Below, in pieces: positions 9,887-20,128 of a stretch of DNA of 64,000 nucleotides. The stretch spans positions 64,001 through 128,000 of the forward strand of contig CAWGLD010000005.1 of the NCBI GenBank assembly GCA_963823335.1, read 5' to 3'. Source of the stretch: an uncultured delta proteobacterium. Its GTDB lineage: Bacteria; Desulfobacterota; Desulfobacteria; Desulfobacterales; B30-G6. Below the pieces are notes generated by a model, which saw nothing but the letters and a program-made list of their open reading frames with translations, did not search any database and was not told the origin of the DNA. Numbering within the stretch: position 1 is the first letter of the stretch; every line of letters starts with the position of its first letter. The position numbers were made by a program, and so were the translations under genes.

Positions 9887-11434
9887 ATGGGAAAAAAGCA
9901 CCGGTTTTATAACAGCATATTCACACAGGCCGTTCTTATCGTGATCGGGTTTACGTTAGTCGCCCTGGTGATGAGCAGCTACCTTTTCCAGCAAAGTATG
10001 AGAATGGTAGCCATGAAAGAGGTGAAAAACAAGGCCACGATATTTCTTTCCGCCATGGAGACATCTTTACGCCGGCTTGTGATGAGCAGTGAGTCTGACC
10101 GCCTGACAGAATTGGTGGAAGAACGCGCAACCCTACTGGAAAGTGAGTTGAACTTTACAATTATCAGAATAATCGTGCTTGATCCCCAAGGTCAAATCCT
10201 GGACCACACCAGACCGGAGAAGATAGGACAGTCCCATTTGGACAGCGATTTTCAAAAAGTGATAAGCTCTAATCGTCTACTGATTAACCAGCAGGTCAAG
10301 ACCTTTGAACGGGAGCCTGGAAAACCGGAAATACAGGTCATTGAGATCACTTCTCCGGTTCGTAACCACCTGGGACATATAATAGCGGCTGTCAAAATCA
10401 TTCTCGATGTCAGGCGCACTCTTGAACTAATCCATGGGGAATATTGGCGCTATGGGAGAAGGGTGTTTTTCGGATTCTTTCTAGCTGCCGTTCTTCTGAT
10501 TTTGGGAACACTTTATTCCCTGAGTCGTCGAATTATTACCCCTGTGCTATCCGTCGCAGAAGCTTCGGCAAGGGTTGCCGCAGGGGATTTGGATACACGC
10601 CTTGTTTCCCTGGGTCAAGATGAGATCGGAAACTTGATACAATCGTTCAATCAAATGGTAGAAGGTCTAAAACATCGAGATCAGATGCGCCAATCACTGG
10701 AAATAGCCATGGAAGTTCAGCAAAATCTTCTGCCGAAAGACAATCCTGTTTTTGAGGGGCTGGATATTGCAGGTAAAAGTATTTACTGTGATGAGACGGG
10801 TGGAGATTATTACGATTTTTTTGAATTTGACGACCAGAGAACAGAAAAAATCGGAATTGTCTTAGGTGATGTTTCCGGGCACGGTATTTCCTCAGCCCTT
10901 CTGATGGCCACTGCCCGGGCATTTCTTCGTCAGCGGTCTGCCTTGCCCGGTACTATATCTCAGGTTATTTCAGATGTAAACCGGCAGCTTGCAAGAGATG
11001 TCGTAAACTCTGGCAGTTTCATGAGTATGTTTTATATGATCATCGATAGAACAAACAAAAGTTTAAAGTGGGTTCGTGCCGGGCACGATCCGGCCATATT
11101 TTATGACTCGAATACGGATGCAATATCGGAATTAAAAGGTGTCGGAATGGCACTGGGTATAGATGAAAACTGTCAGTATGGAGAAAATATAAAACAGAAT
11201 CTTGCAACCGGGCAGATTATCGTTCTTGGAACCGATGGTATTTGGGAGGCGCGTAACCCAAAAGGCGAAATGTTTGGGAAAGAACCTATCTTCACCATCA
11301 TCAGAGAAAAAGCCAATCTCAATGCCAAGTCGATTTTAAACACAATTATTGAATCATTAACAAAATTTAAGGAAAACTTTAGTCTTGAAGATGATGTTAC
11401 CTTAGTCGTAATAAAGATTTTGCCCAAATTCTAA
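9887..11434 (+). CDS. membrane-bound HAMP + SpoIIE (PP2C) phosphatase
   Basis: Two TM segments, HAMP (DEIGNL..SFNQM), GGDYYD, GDVSGHG, AGH, TDG, DDVT; start uncertain (9833 or 9887). Confidence 0.9.
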   Translation: MGKKHRFYNSIFTQAVLIVIGFTLVALVMSSYLFQQSMRMVAMKEVKNKATIFLSAMETSLRRLVMSSESDRLTELVEERATLLESELNFTIIRIIVLDPQGQILDHTRPEKIGQSHLDSDFQKVISSNRLLINQQVKTFEREPGKPEIQVIEITSPVRNHLGHIIAAVKIILDVRRTLELIHGEYWRYGRRVFFGFFLAAVLLILGTLYSLSRRIITPVLSVAEASARVAAGDLDTRLVSLGQDEIGNLIQSFNQMVEGLKHRDQMRQSLEIAMEVQQNLLPKDNPVFEGLDIAGKSIYCDETGGDYYDFFEFDDQRTEKIGIVLGDVSGHGISSALLMATARAFLRQRSALPGTISQVISDVNRQLARDVVNSGSFMSMFYMIIDRTNKSLKWVRAGHDPAIFYDSNTDAISELKGVGMALGIDENCQYGENIKQNLATGQIIVLGTDGIWEARNPKGEMFGKEPIFTIIREKANLNAKSILNTIIESLTKFKENFSLEDDVTLVVIKILPKF

Positions 11435-11513
11435 TTCTAATCTAAATCCTCCACCCCTGGTGGAGGACCCGGAAAGGTTATAGAAGGGATTCCTTCACAA
11501 CAGGGGATAGCAA

Positions 11514-12761
11514 ATGATCGCAGAAATCCTTGCAACCGGTGACGAAATACGATCCGGAGCACTCATCGATTCGAATTCCGCTTATATCGCAGAAAAACTC
11601 GAGGAAATCGGGATACCGGTCACCCGTCACAGTTGTGTGGGAGACGATTTTGAAGCACTGGTTTCGATTCTAAAAGAAATCTCCACCCGGGTGGACATCT
11701 GTGTGGCTACCGGTGGCCTGGGACCCACGGCAGATGATCTTTCATCGGAGGCAGCTGCATCTGCAGCGGGAGAACCCCTTGTGCTGGACTCCAAAGCGCT
11801 TGCTGACATCGAAACTTTTTTCAGGCATCGCAAACGGGAGATGGCCGATTCAAACAGGAAACAGGCCCTCCTGCCGCGCAGTGCCGAAGCCATGTACAAC
11901 CCTGTCGGAACAGCACCTGGATTCAGCCTGAAGATCGAAAGGTGCATATTTTTCTTCCTTCCGGGTGTGCCGCCTGAAATGAAACACATGCTTTCCCATG
12001 AGGCACTTCCCAGAATTGAGAAGATGCCGGGGGCCACAAAGGAACACTGTCTTGTCAGGAACATTTCAACCTTTGGCTTGACCGAATCCGCAACCGGGGA
12101 AAAAGTGGCCGAGCTTGAAAATGAATTTCCTGGTATCAAGCTGGGATTACGGGCCAAATTTCCGGAAATTCATATCAAACTTTATTTAAATGGGCTGGAT
12201 CTGGCTGCCATGGAAACCAAGTTGGCATCGGCCTCAGAATGGATTTTATACCGACTGGGACAACATGTGCTGTCACTGGAGGGCGCATCCATGCAGGCCG
12301 TGGTGGGGGATCTTCTGAGAAAAAAGAGCGCGACCGTTGCAGTTGCCGAAAGCTGCACCGGGGGCCGAATCGCCAACTGGCTGACCGACGTACCCGGCAG
12401 TTCCGACTATTTTCTTTTTTCGGCTGTAAGCTATTCCAACCACGCCAAGACCAAGGTCTTGGGCGTCAGGCCTGATTTGTTGAAACAATACGGGGCTGTG
12501 CACGAGGAGACCGCCAAAGCCATGGCACAAGGCGCGCGTCTCGTATCAGGTGCGACGTATGCCATATCCACCACAGGGATCGCCGGGCCCACCGGAGGAT
12601 CCGATGACAAGCCCGTGGGGACGGTCTGCATCGGTCTGGCGACACCGGAAAAAGTAATGGCCAAGCGCTTCTATTTCCCCTTTGGACAGCGTTCCATGAA
12701 CAAAAGCATTTTCGGTATGGCGGCTTTGAATATGCTCAGAAAAGAATTGTTAAACCAATAG
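11514..12761 (+). CDS. cinA: CinA family competence/damage-inducible protein (NMN deamidase PncC domain)
   Basis: TGDE..SG...D.N, GGLGPT.DD, LPGVP.EM, AESCTGG, TGIAGP.GG. Confidence 0.95.
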   Translation: MIAEILATGDEIRSGALIDSNSAYIAEKLEEIGIPVTRHSCVGDDFEALVSILKEISTRVDICVATGGLGPTADDLSSEAAASAAGEPLVLDSKALADIETFFRHRKREMADSNRKQALLPRSAEAMYNPVGTAPGFSLKIERCIFFFLPGVPPEMKHMLSHEALPRIEKMPGATKEHCLVRNISTFGLTESATGEKVAELENEFPGIKLGLRAKFPEIHIKLYLNGLDLAAMETKLASASEWILYRLGQHVLSLEGASMQAVVGDLLRKKSATVAVAESCTGGRIANWLTDVPGSSDYFLFSAVSYSNHAKTKVLGVRPDLLKQYGAVHEETAKAMAQGARLVSGATYAISTTGIAGPTGGSDDKPVGTVCIGLATPEKVMAKRFYFPFGQRSMNKSIFGMAALNMLRKELLNQ

Positions 12762-12852
12762 GGTTCAAGGGGTCGAGGATTCGAGGGTTCAAGTGGCGCT
12801 CCTCGCTGAGAGCTTTCACTCGAATCCTTGAACCCTCGAATTTTCGGACCCT
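12761..12852. repeat. palindromic element built of ~8-nt tandem units (GGGTTCRA / TYGAACCC)
   Basis: GGGTTCAAGGGGTCGAGGATTCGAGGGTTCAAG followed by its imperfect complement CTCGAATCCTTGAACCCTCGAATTTTCGGACCC. Confidence 0.75.
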
Positions 12853-12884
12853 TCAATGTTTTATAGGGTAATTGGGAGTCATCC

Positions 12885-13730
12885 GTGACTATTATTATAA
12901 TTATTATCGGCACCATTGCATTCTACCTCCTATCCACATTTCTGCTGTCTTTTGTTGTGCAGCGAATTCCAAGAAATCCCATTGTGGATGAACCGGATTG
13001 GGGAAAGGTGATCGATACAAGGATACCTGCCACGGATGGCGGGTCCCTGGAGGTCTGGCGTGTCGAGCCGGATGGGGAATCTCAGGGAATCGTTGTTTTT
13101 GTACACGGCTGGGGTCGCAACCGGGACCGCATGGTTTACAGGGCCCGACTGTTTGCCGATCTCGGTTTTACCACGGTCATGCACAGCGCACGCGATCATG
13201 GTGGCTCCACCAAGTCGTGTATTGTCAATGCGGTCAAGTTTGCCGAAGATGTCGAGGAGGTTCTGAAGTGGATCAACCAACCTGTCATTTTATACGGCCA
13301 CTCGGCTGGTGCGGCAGGTGCTATCATTGCCGCCCACAGGAACCCCGAGAAAATTAGACGACTCTTTATAGAAGCGAGTTATGCCTATACCAAGGAAGGC
13401 TTGTTAAGTCTCTATACCTGGGTTAACCGGTTTTTCGGAAAAGCAATCGGTCCCATGATCATTTTCTGGTGGGAGCTATTGTATCCGGGTGCCATGGATC
13501 AATACAGCCCTGCCAATCTGGCACCTGCTCTTTGCATGCCCGTGATGATCATTCATGGCGAGAAAGATCAACGATTCCCGGTGGCATTTGCCCATACCCT
13601 GAAGCATCGCTTCCCGGCTGGCAAGGTGGATATGTATATTGCGCCTTGCGCCGGCCACAGTGATGCGAGTCTTACGCCCGGTTATTCGGAGGCTATCCGC
13701 TCCTTTCTCAATAGCCATGGTGAAAAATGA
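12885..13730 (+). CDS. alpha/beta hydrolase with N-terminal membrane anchor
   Basis: VHGWG, GHSAG nucleophile elbow, IIHGEKD, AGHS. Confidence 0.88.
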   Translation: MTIIIIIIGTIAFYLLSTFLLSFVVQRIPRNPIVDEPDWGKVIDTRIPATDGGSLEVWRVEPDGESQGIVVFVHGWGRNRDRMVYRARLFADLGFTTVMHSARDHGGSTKSCIVNAVKFAEDVEEVLKWINQPVILYGHSAGAAGAIIAAHRNPEKIRRLFIEASYAYTKEGLLSLYTWVNRFFGKAIGPMIIFWWELLYPGAMDQYSPANLAPALCMPVMIIHGEKDQRFPVAFAHTLKHRFPAGKVDMYIAPCAGHSDASLTPGYSEAIRSFLNSHGEK

Positions 13731-15028
13731 CGTCCGAATCGATATTGGCGGGATGGCTGGTGGATGGCAGCGGAGGGCCTGCCAGAGAGAATGTTTTGCT
13801 GACCATCGATAAGGGCACGATTACGCACATCGAGGAGGCAATTCCTGAAAAGACTTGTCAACTGGAAGTAACCGATTTTTCACATTGCACTTTGTTGCCG
13901 GGCCTGATCGATGCCCATATCCATCTTTTCATGTCAGGTACTGAGGATCTGGATATCAGAGATAAACAGTTGAACTTGACCTTTGATGACCTGATCGGTG
14001 GTATGGAAGAGCGACTTGGCAATTTAATTGCTTGCGGGATTGTGGCATGCAGGGATGGTGGAGACCGACATGCATATACCCTGAAGTATAAGATAGACCG
14101 TCTGGCCGGAAACGCATTTCCGCTGCACCTCAAAGTGGCGGGTGCCGCCTGGCACCAGATCGGTCGGTACGGTAAAATGATCGGCAACTCTCCCGGAATT
14201 TCTGAAAAACTGGGCCAGAGCATTTGTAAACAGATCCAGGGTATCGACCATATTAAGATCGTCAATTCCGGATTGAATAGTCTGGTACATTTCGGTAGAG
14301 AGACATCGCCTCAGTTTGATGTCCTGGAATTGCAGGACGCCATAACAATCGGTGAGGGCTTCGGTTGTAAAACCATGGTGCATGCCAATGGGAAAAAACC
14401 GGTTGAAGTTGCCCTGGAAGCAGGGTGTCATTCAATAGAGCATGGGTTTTTCATGGGGCAAGAAAATCTCAAACGGATGGCGGACAAGCAGATATTCTGG
14501 GTGCCCACAGCCGTGACCATGCAAGCCTATCGTGACACATTTGAGCGGCGGATCAAAAAAAACAGAATCCAGAGCCCTTCGATAGATCCATCCCTGGTGC
14601 GGATCGACAAGATGGTTGAGGTAGCTTCAAGAAATCTGGAGCACCAGTTGGAACAGATCCACCAGGCAAAAGGACTGGGGGTACCGATTGCAGTGGGAAC
14701 CGATTCAGGAAGTATCGGGGTTTACCATGGCGTGTCTGTAAAGGAGGAAATACGGTTGCTCATGATGGCGGGATTTTCAGGTCCGGAGGCCATTCAATGT
14801 GCAACACAGAACAACGCACGTCTGCTCAATTTAAAGAATTGCGGTCTGATCGCCAAGGGAACGGTGGCTACGTTTGTTGCCGTGGCCGGCCCGCCTCAGG
14901 ATCTGCCGGACAGCCTTGGCAGGATAGCGTATCTGTATATAAAGGGCAGTGAATATGGAAGAAGAGAAGAAATAAAGCAACAAGACATTTCCCGAACCAG
15001 TGGAGCAGGAACGACTAACATTGTATGA
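13727..15028 (+). CDS. amidohydrolase family protein
   Basis: LPGLIDAHIH, MVHA, SIEHG, GTDSG metal-binding motifs. Confidence 0.9.
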   Translation: MTSESILAGWLVDGSGGPARENVLLTIDKGTITHIEEAIPEKTCQLEVTDFSHCTLLPGLIDAHIHLFMSGTEDLDIRDKQLNLTFDDLIGGMEERLGNLIACGIVACRDGGDRHAYTLKYKIDRLAGNAFPLHLKVAGAAWHQIGRYGKMIGNSPGISEKLGQSICKQIQGIDHIKIVNSGLNSLVHFGRETSPQFDVLELQDAITIGEGFGCKTMVHANGKKPVEVALEAGCHSIEHGFFMGQENLKRMADKQIFWVPTAVTMQAYRDTFERRIKKNRIQSPSIDPSLVRIDKMVEVASRNLEHQLEQIHQAKGLGVPIAVGTDSGSIGVYHGVSVKEEIRLLMMAGFSGPEAIQCATQNNARLLNLKNCGLIAKGTVATFVAVAGPPQDLPDSLGRIAYLYIKGSEYGRREEIKQQDISRTSGAGTTNIV

Positions 15029-15062
15029 GTACGACAACACCAGCATTTGAAATTCTTTTGAC

Positions 15063-16286
15063 TTACAGGTTTTTTGCATGCGCCAGCATATTTTTGTTGA
15101 CGGCCAGACCCATCCCGGGCTGAACCAGATCATGCTGTTTTTCAACAAAAGGTAGATATACAAGGACAAAGCTTCTGGGTGTTATCTGGATATCCGGCAG
15201 GATGCTCATTACCTTTCGCCGGGGCTTGATAATACCGGACAAGGTCAATTTCAGACTTTCGAGAGCTTCTTTCAGGGGCAGGTTGACCGGGTGCAGGTTG
15301 CTGCTGGGTGTTCCCCGTAAAAATTTTCCGGCAGGTTGAGCAATGGTCATGGTTTGGGAAAGTTTGATAAAAAACTGTGGTCGAACTTTAAAAGCCAGAG
15401 CCCAGAAGTGAAATGCGGGATCCGGCATCCCGGGCTGGACAGTCTTGGGAAGATTGGCCTCCCGGACCAGATCGGCATAGGAGTTCAGTGCTATATTGGA
15501 GATATCTGCCTTGATACGCCAGAAGGGCAAATAGCGCAGATGTTCTCCTGCTCCTGCAAGATGGACAGCGGTGAGCTTGGAAAAGCCATTTTGGCCGGGT
15601 TTATACACCGATCTGCAATTGCCACATCCCAGCACCAGTGAATCCCGTTTTCCCTCAAGATCCCATCCACAATGCGGGCACAGGGTGGGCAGAAAACGAA
15701 GGTTCCAGTCGAGATGGTTACCGGCATACACGGAAGTGTCAAAATCGTCCGCAAGTTTTTTCGTAATTGGCTGGTTCAGGATTGCATCCACCAGACGTCC
15801 ATCAAAATAGAAGGGTGAATATATGATGCTGAGACTATCCCCGATGTTCGCCTGGTGGACAATGGGTCTGGAAAGCGAAGCATTGAAACGTTTGTCGACG
15901 ATATCGATCATCTTGGAAAACGACAGAGTGGTTGTGAGAAACCGGCCCTTTATTTCGGATGAGGCAAATCGGAGTTTTTGCGTCTGGCTGCGAAGACCTA
16001 CGGAAGAGGGGAACTGCTCGTCATCGATGGCCTTGTGACTGACATCCACCAGCTGGTGCTCCATCTTGCCGGCAAGACAGGAGAAGCGCATACCCTTAAA
16101 ACGCCAGTAGGGAACATATAAAAGCTCTTTATCTTCAGGCGCATTGCTCGGCAGCACGTAGCGAAATTGCGTGGTCTGTAGATATGATTTTACCCTGCAG
16201 TACTGGCATTGGAACAGCCTGTCGGTTTCTTCCAGGATTGCCGGGGCGCCACACTGGGGGCATTGGTGCTCGATCTGAAAACGGAT
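15063..16286 (-). CDS. zinc-ribbon domain protein, probably starting at ATC 16286
   Basis: Frame is open 43 codons upstream of the track start (IRFQIEHQCPQCGAPAILEETDRLFQCQYCRVKSYL); second CPHCG..CGNC knuckle internally; AGGGAG 6 nt before ATC. Confidence 0.75.
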   Translation of the reverse strand: MRFQIEHQCPQCGAPAILEETDRLFQCQYCRVKSYLQTTQFRYVLPSNAPEDKELLYVPYWRFKGMRFSCLAGKMEHQLVDVSHKAIDDEQFPSSVGLRSQTQKLRFASSEIKGRFLTTTLSFSKMIDIVDKRFNASLSRPIVHQANIGDSLSIIYSPFYFDGRLVDAILNQPITKKLADDFDTSVYAGNHLDWNLRFLPTLCPHCGWDLEGKRDSLVLGCGNCRSVYKPGQNGFSKLTAVHLAGAGEHLRYLPFWRIKADISNIALNSYADLVREANLPKTVQPGMPDPAFHFWALAFKVRPQFFIKLSQTMTIAQPAGKFLRGTPSSNLHPVNLPLKEALESLKLTLSGIIKPRRKVMSILPDIQITPRSFVLVYLPFVEKQHDLVQPGMGLAVNKNMLAHAKNL

Positions 16287-16364
16287 GGGGAACTCCCTGA
16301 AAATCTGTTTTAGGTTTTAAGCAGTGCTAAGAGCCAAAAGCAAAGAGCTACAGGCCAACAACCG

Positions 16365-17510
16365 TCAGGTTGTTCCTAATTTTTCCCCACAACTCCCACA
16401 GAATTTCGAATCCGGCAGGTTTTCCTGATTGCACTTGGTGCAGTGTTTTGGCACCGGTTTTTCTTCGGCAGGGTGACCGCAGCGTGAGCAGAATTTGGCA
16501 CTGGCTGTCAAGTTCTTCCCGCAGGCGGCGCACTGCCGAATGACAAGTTGTTGATGGCCGCAATAAGGGCAAAATTTAGCATCGGTGGGAATCTCGTTGT
16601 GACATTCCGGACAGGAAAAAATTTCTGCCAGGCTTTGTTTTTGGGCACCGCCCCCCCCGGTAAAATATTGGGCAAACATGGCAGGCATCATGAGTCCCAG
16701 CCCGGTTCCCATACCCATGCCTGCGCCGGAAGAGTCAGCCTCCGCGGCTTTTTCCATAGCCATGGCGGCTTTCATTTGCATGAGCTTGTTCATATCGTTG
16801 AAGACACCCATCCGACTCCGGTCGTCAATGGCCTCTTGCACCTCAGGCGGCGGTGTAATCGAATTCAGATACAGATGGGTCAAGGCCAGTCCGAAATGGC
16901 TGAAATCTTCCTGAAGACGCCGTATCAGCCCGTTGGCGAGCTCGTCATATTTTGCGGGAAGGTTCAGAATGGAGTCGATGGTTTCCCCCATATAATCATT
17001 GAATCTGGAAACGATGACGCGGTTCAGGTATTCATCGACCTCTGCCGTGGTGTAGATTCCCTGGGTACCAACCATGCTGTTGATAAACAGCACGGGTTGC
17101 ACGACCTGCAGGTTGAAGATGCCGAATGCCCGCAGACGGATCAAGCCCAGTTCACTGTCTTTGAACGCGACAGGATCACGGGTTCCCCACTTGAGGTTGG
17201 TGAAGATCTTCAGGTTGATGAAATATACTTCTGCTCGCAACGGGCTGTTCATGGCCCAGGGAATACTGGCTATTTTTGTGAGAATCGGTATGTTGCCGGT
17301 TTTGAGCGTATGCCGGCCCGGTCCAAAAGCTTCGATTGCCTTGCCTTTATAGAAAAAAACCCCTGCCTGGCTTTCCCGGACGGTCAGCTGGGCCCCGTAT
17401 TTGATTTCACCGGAGCCTGTTTCCGGAAGCCGGTGCACCAGCTCCTGACCGGTATTGTCAAACCATTCTAAATTTTCTAAAAAGATGAGATTGTCTGTAC
17501 CCATAGTCAT
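16365..17510 (-). CDS. SPFH/band-7-like protein (YdjI-like) with C-terminal double zinc ribbons
   Basis: GAQLTVRESQ, GPGRHTL.T.NIP, KWGT..P..F.D, three CxxC...FCxxCG repeats. Confidence 0.88.
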   Translation of the reverse strand: MTMGTDNLIFLENLEWFDNTGQELVHRLPETGSGEIKYGAQLTVRESQAGVFFYKGKAIEAFGPGRHTLKTGNIPILTKIASIPWAMNSPLRAEVYFINLKIFTNLKWGTRDPVAFKDSELGLIRLRAFGIFNLQVVQPVLFINSMVGTQGIYTTAEVDEYLNRVIVSRFNDYMGETIDSILNLPAKYDELANGLIRRLQEDFSHFGLALTHLYLNSITPPPEVQEAIDDRSRMGVFNDMNKLMQMKAAMAMEKAAEADSSGAGMGMGTGLGLMMPAMFAQYFTGGGGAQKQSLAEIFSCPECHNEIPTDAKFCPYCGHQQLVIRQCAACGKNLTASAKFCSRCGHPAEEKPVPKHCTKCNQENLPDSKFCGSCGEKLGTT

Positions 17511-17597
17511 ATACTCCCAACCCGGATAAACCGGAAAAGTAAAAGATCCTTTATCACAAAGTACACCATTTTTACAATTAAGGAACTAAGAAGATTA

Positions 17598-19289
17598 TCA
17601 TTCTGTCTGTTCATTGTCTATCTGGTCTGGATTCATGAATGCTTTGGCATACTCCAAAAGCAATCTGCTGTTGACAACCAGGTCGTGTATATCCGGATCG
17701 ATGTGCCCGTCTTTTTTTAAAAAAGATAGAATTTTCAATGCCTGTGAAAGCTTCATGGGTTTTTTATAGGGCCGGTCCTTGGCCGTCAATGCTTCAAAAA
17801 TATCTGCTACTGCCATAATGCGTGACTGCAGGGGGAGTTCGTCTTTGCTGAGGTGCCTGAAGTATCCGGATCCATCCAGTTTCTCGTGATGTCCGGCAGC
17901 ATATTCAGCTACCATTGCGTGTTTTTTTGGAAAGGGGAGTTCATTGAGCATCTTGTAGGTAACTTCCACATGGTTTTCAATGATCCCGCGTTCTTCTTTG
18001 GTGAGGGTTCCTTTTCGGATACTCAGGTTTTTGATCTCATCTTCGCTAAGATAGGGACGCTGCCTGCCATTCATGTGGTATGTCTTTTGGGCGATTTTAT
18101 GGAGTTTTTCGAGATTGTCGTCATCCATAAACTCGACAGCCTCGTTAATGGTCCGTAGAAAATCGAACTCCCTTTTAACCGTGGCGATTTGTTCAGACAT
18201 ATCCTTATCGAGACGGGACTTCACCTGCGGGTCAAGTTGCCCTTGGGCGGACAATTCGAGCTTATGCTTGAGACAAGCGTTTTCTATGGCTGTCGCGATG
18301 AGATCGAACCGGGTTTCGATAAATTCAATCCGATCGACAAAGGACTGCAGTTTGGTGGCTTTGTCTACAATGACCTCAGGCGTGGTAATTTTGCCGACAT
18401 CGTGCATCCAGGCTGCCAGACGCAATTCTTCCATTTCATCGTCGCTGAAGCAGGTGTCCTGAAAAGGCGTCTGGCCTGTATCATTGATCTCTTTGGCAAT
18501 CATCATGGTGAGATCAACCACCCGTGTAATATGCCCGCCGGTGAAAGGCGATTTTTCATCCATGGCAGTTGCAATGCTTTTGATGAAGGCATAAAAAAGA
18601 TCGGTCAGGTTCTGGATCAGCTGTGTGTTGGTCAGCGCAACGGCTCCCTGGGAGGCGAGGGAGACCACCAGATCGATGTATTCGGGAGAAAAAGAGATGA
18701 CTTCTGCGGTTTCCAGGTCCTGCGCATTCAGCAACTGAAGCACCCCGATGGTCTCGTTCTCGTGGTTCTGCATGGCAAGTACCAGCATTGATTTAGATAT
18801 GTAGCCGGTTGATTTGTCATAACCCCGGGTTCCGGAAAAATCAAAACCTTCAGCATCATAGACATCGGGGATGTTGATAATCTCTCCTGTCAGGGCCGCA
18901 TACGAGGAAACATTTGCATGGTTTGGCTTACCCTGGGAATCAAACAGCGGCACGTTGGGGAGATTGATTTCAGCGCCACTCGTTCCGCCGAGCCGGATTC
19001 CCATGGTATCGTTCTGAAGGATCTGGAACTGGAGGGTCTGTTTTTCCTTGTCCAGGATATAGAGCGTCCCTGCATCGGCGTTTGTCAGGCTTTTGGCTTC
19101 ATCGACAATCATTTCGAGAAGCTTGTGAATATCCTTTTCTACCGACAGAGCTGCACCGATTCTGGTAATTTTTTTGAGATGTATGGCGAGGTGATTTTCC
19201 AGGGACTCATCCTTGGATGGGCTATAGGAGTATTGGCTCAATCTCTTTGAAATGCTGCCGGGCGGATTCAAGTTTGAAAATGCGCTCAT
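17598..19289 (-). CDS. GAF + HD-GYP phosphodiesterase
   Basis: GAF domain, T.GH..RV, WMHDVGK, HHEKLDGSGY, ADIFEALTA.DRPYK. Confidence 0.92.
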   Translation of the reverse strand: MSAFSNLNPPGSISKRLSQYSYSPSKDESLENHLAIHLKKITRIGAALSVEKDIHKLLEMIVDEAKSLTNADAGTLYILDKEKQTLQFQILQNDTMGIRLGGTSGAEINLPNVPLFDSQGKPNHANVSSYAALTGEIINIPDVYDAEGFDFSGTRGYDKSTGYISKSMLVLAMQNHENETIGVLQLLNAQDLETAEVISFSPEYIDLVVSLASQGAVALTNTQLIQNLTDLFYAFIKSIATAMDEKSPFTGGHITRVVDLTMMIAKEINDTGQTPFQDTCFSDDEMEELRLAAWMHDVGKITTPEVIVDKATKLQSFVDRIEFIETRFDLIATAIENACLKHKLELSAQGQLDPQVKSRLDKDMSEQIATVKREFDFLRTINEAVEFMDDDNLEKLHKIAQKTYHMNGRQRPYLSEDEIKNLSIRKGTLTKEERGIIENHVEVTYKMLNELPFPKKHAMVAEYAAGHHEKLDGSGYFRHLSKDELPLQSRIMAVADIFEALTAKDRPYKKPMKLSQALKILSFLKKDGHIDPDIHDLVVNSRLLLEYAKAFMNPDQIDNEQTE

Positions 19290-19436
19290 AGCATCACCCT
19301 GTTGTGTGTGAAAGATGCAGCTCCTGTCGTGTTCTGATGCAAGCCAAACATACGTGGTATCCCAAGGATAGAGAAATTTCGCCCATGATTAGATGCGCTG
19401 GAAACATATCATAATCTGTCGGCGGGTGCAAATAGC

Positions 19437-20093
19437 TCAGCCTGTCAGGATATGCTTAAAGGTTGCGATGGTTTTTGCGTAGTCGGGGCTTTTGAAAATA
19501 GCCGATCCGGCGACAAAGATGTCGGCACCGGCTGCAGAAATTTCGCCAATGGTGTTTTCATTTACACCCCCATCAATTTCGATGCGTGTCTCAAGCTTTT
19601 TTTCATCAATCGTTCTTCTGAGAGCTCTAATTTTGTCGAGACAGCTCGGAATGAATTTTTGCCCTCCGAAACCGGGGTTTACACTCATCAGCATGACATG
19701 GTAGACGTTCTCCAGCTCCCAATCCAGTGTTGACAGAGGGGTGGATGGATTCAATACAACACCTGCCCTGGCACCTGTTTCCTTGATCATCTGTATGGTC
19801 CGGTTCAAATGGCCGCAGGCTTCCACCTGAACTGAAATAAGATCGGATCCTGCATCGGCAAAGGCCTGTATGTATCGTTCTGGTTTTTCTATCATCAAAT
19901 GAACATCGAGAGGCAGATCGGTCACCCGCTTGGCGGCTTTGACAACCAATGGACCGATGGTGATGTTCGGCACGAAGTGGCCGTCCATGACGTCGATGTG
20001 TATCCAGTCGGCGCCTGCGGCCTCAACAGCCCTGATTTCGTCCCCCAGTCTGGTAAAATCTGCTGAAAGAATCGATGGTGCAATCAATTTCAT
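19437..20093 (-). CDS. rpe: ribulose-phosphate 3-epimerase
   Basis: IAPSILSADF, HIDVMDGHFVPN, DVHLM, MSVNPGFGGQ, DGG. Confidence 0.97.
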   Translation of the reverse strand: MKLIAPSILSADFTRLGDEIRAVEAAGADWIHIDVMDGHFVPNITIGPLVVKAAKRVTDLPLDVHLMIEKPERYIQAFADAGSDLISVQVEACGHLNRTIQMIKETGARAGVVLNPSTPLSTLDWELENVYHVMLMSVNPGFGGQKFIPSCLDKIRALRRTIDEKKLETRIEIDGGVNENTIGEISAAGADIFVAGSAIFKSPDYAKTIATFKHILTG

Positions 20094-20128
20094 TTCTTTA
20101 CTCCTCATATCAGCCTACAGCCTATGGT

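Noticed and set aside
16548-17471. 307-aa plus-strand ORF
   Set aside because: Antisense to the SPFH gene; no RBS or domain evidence
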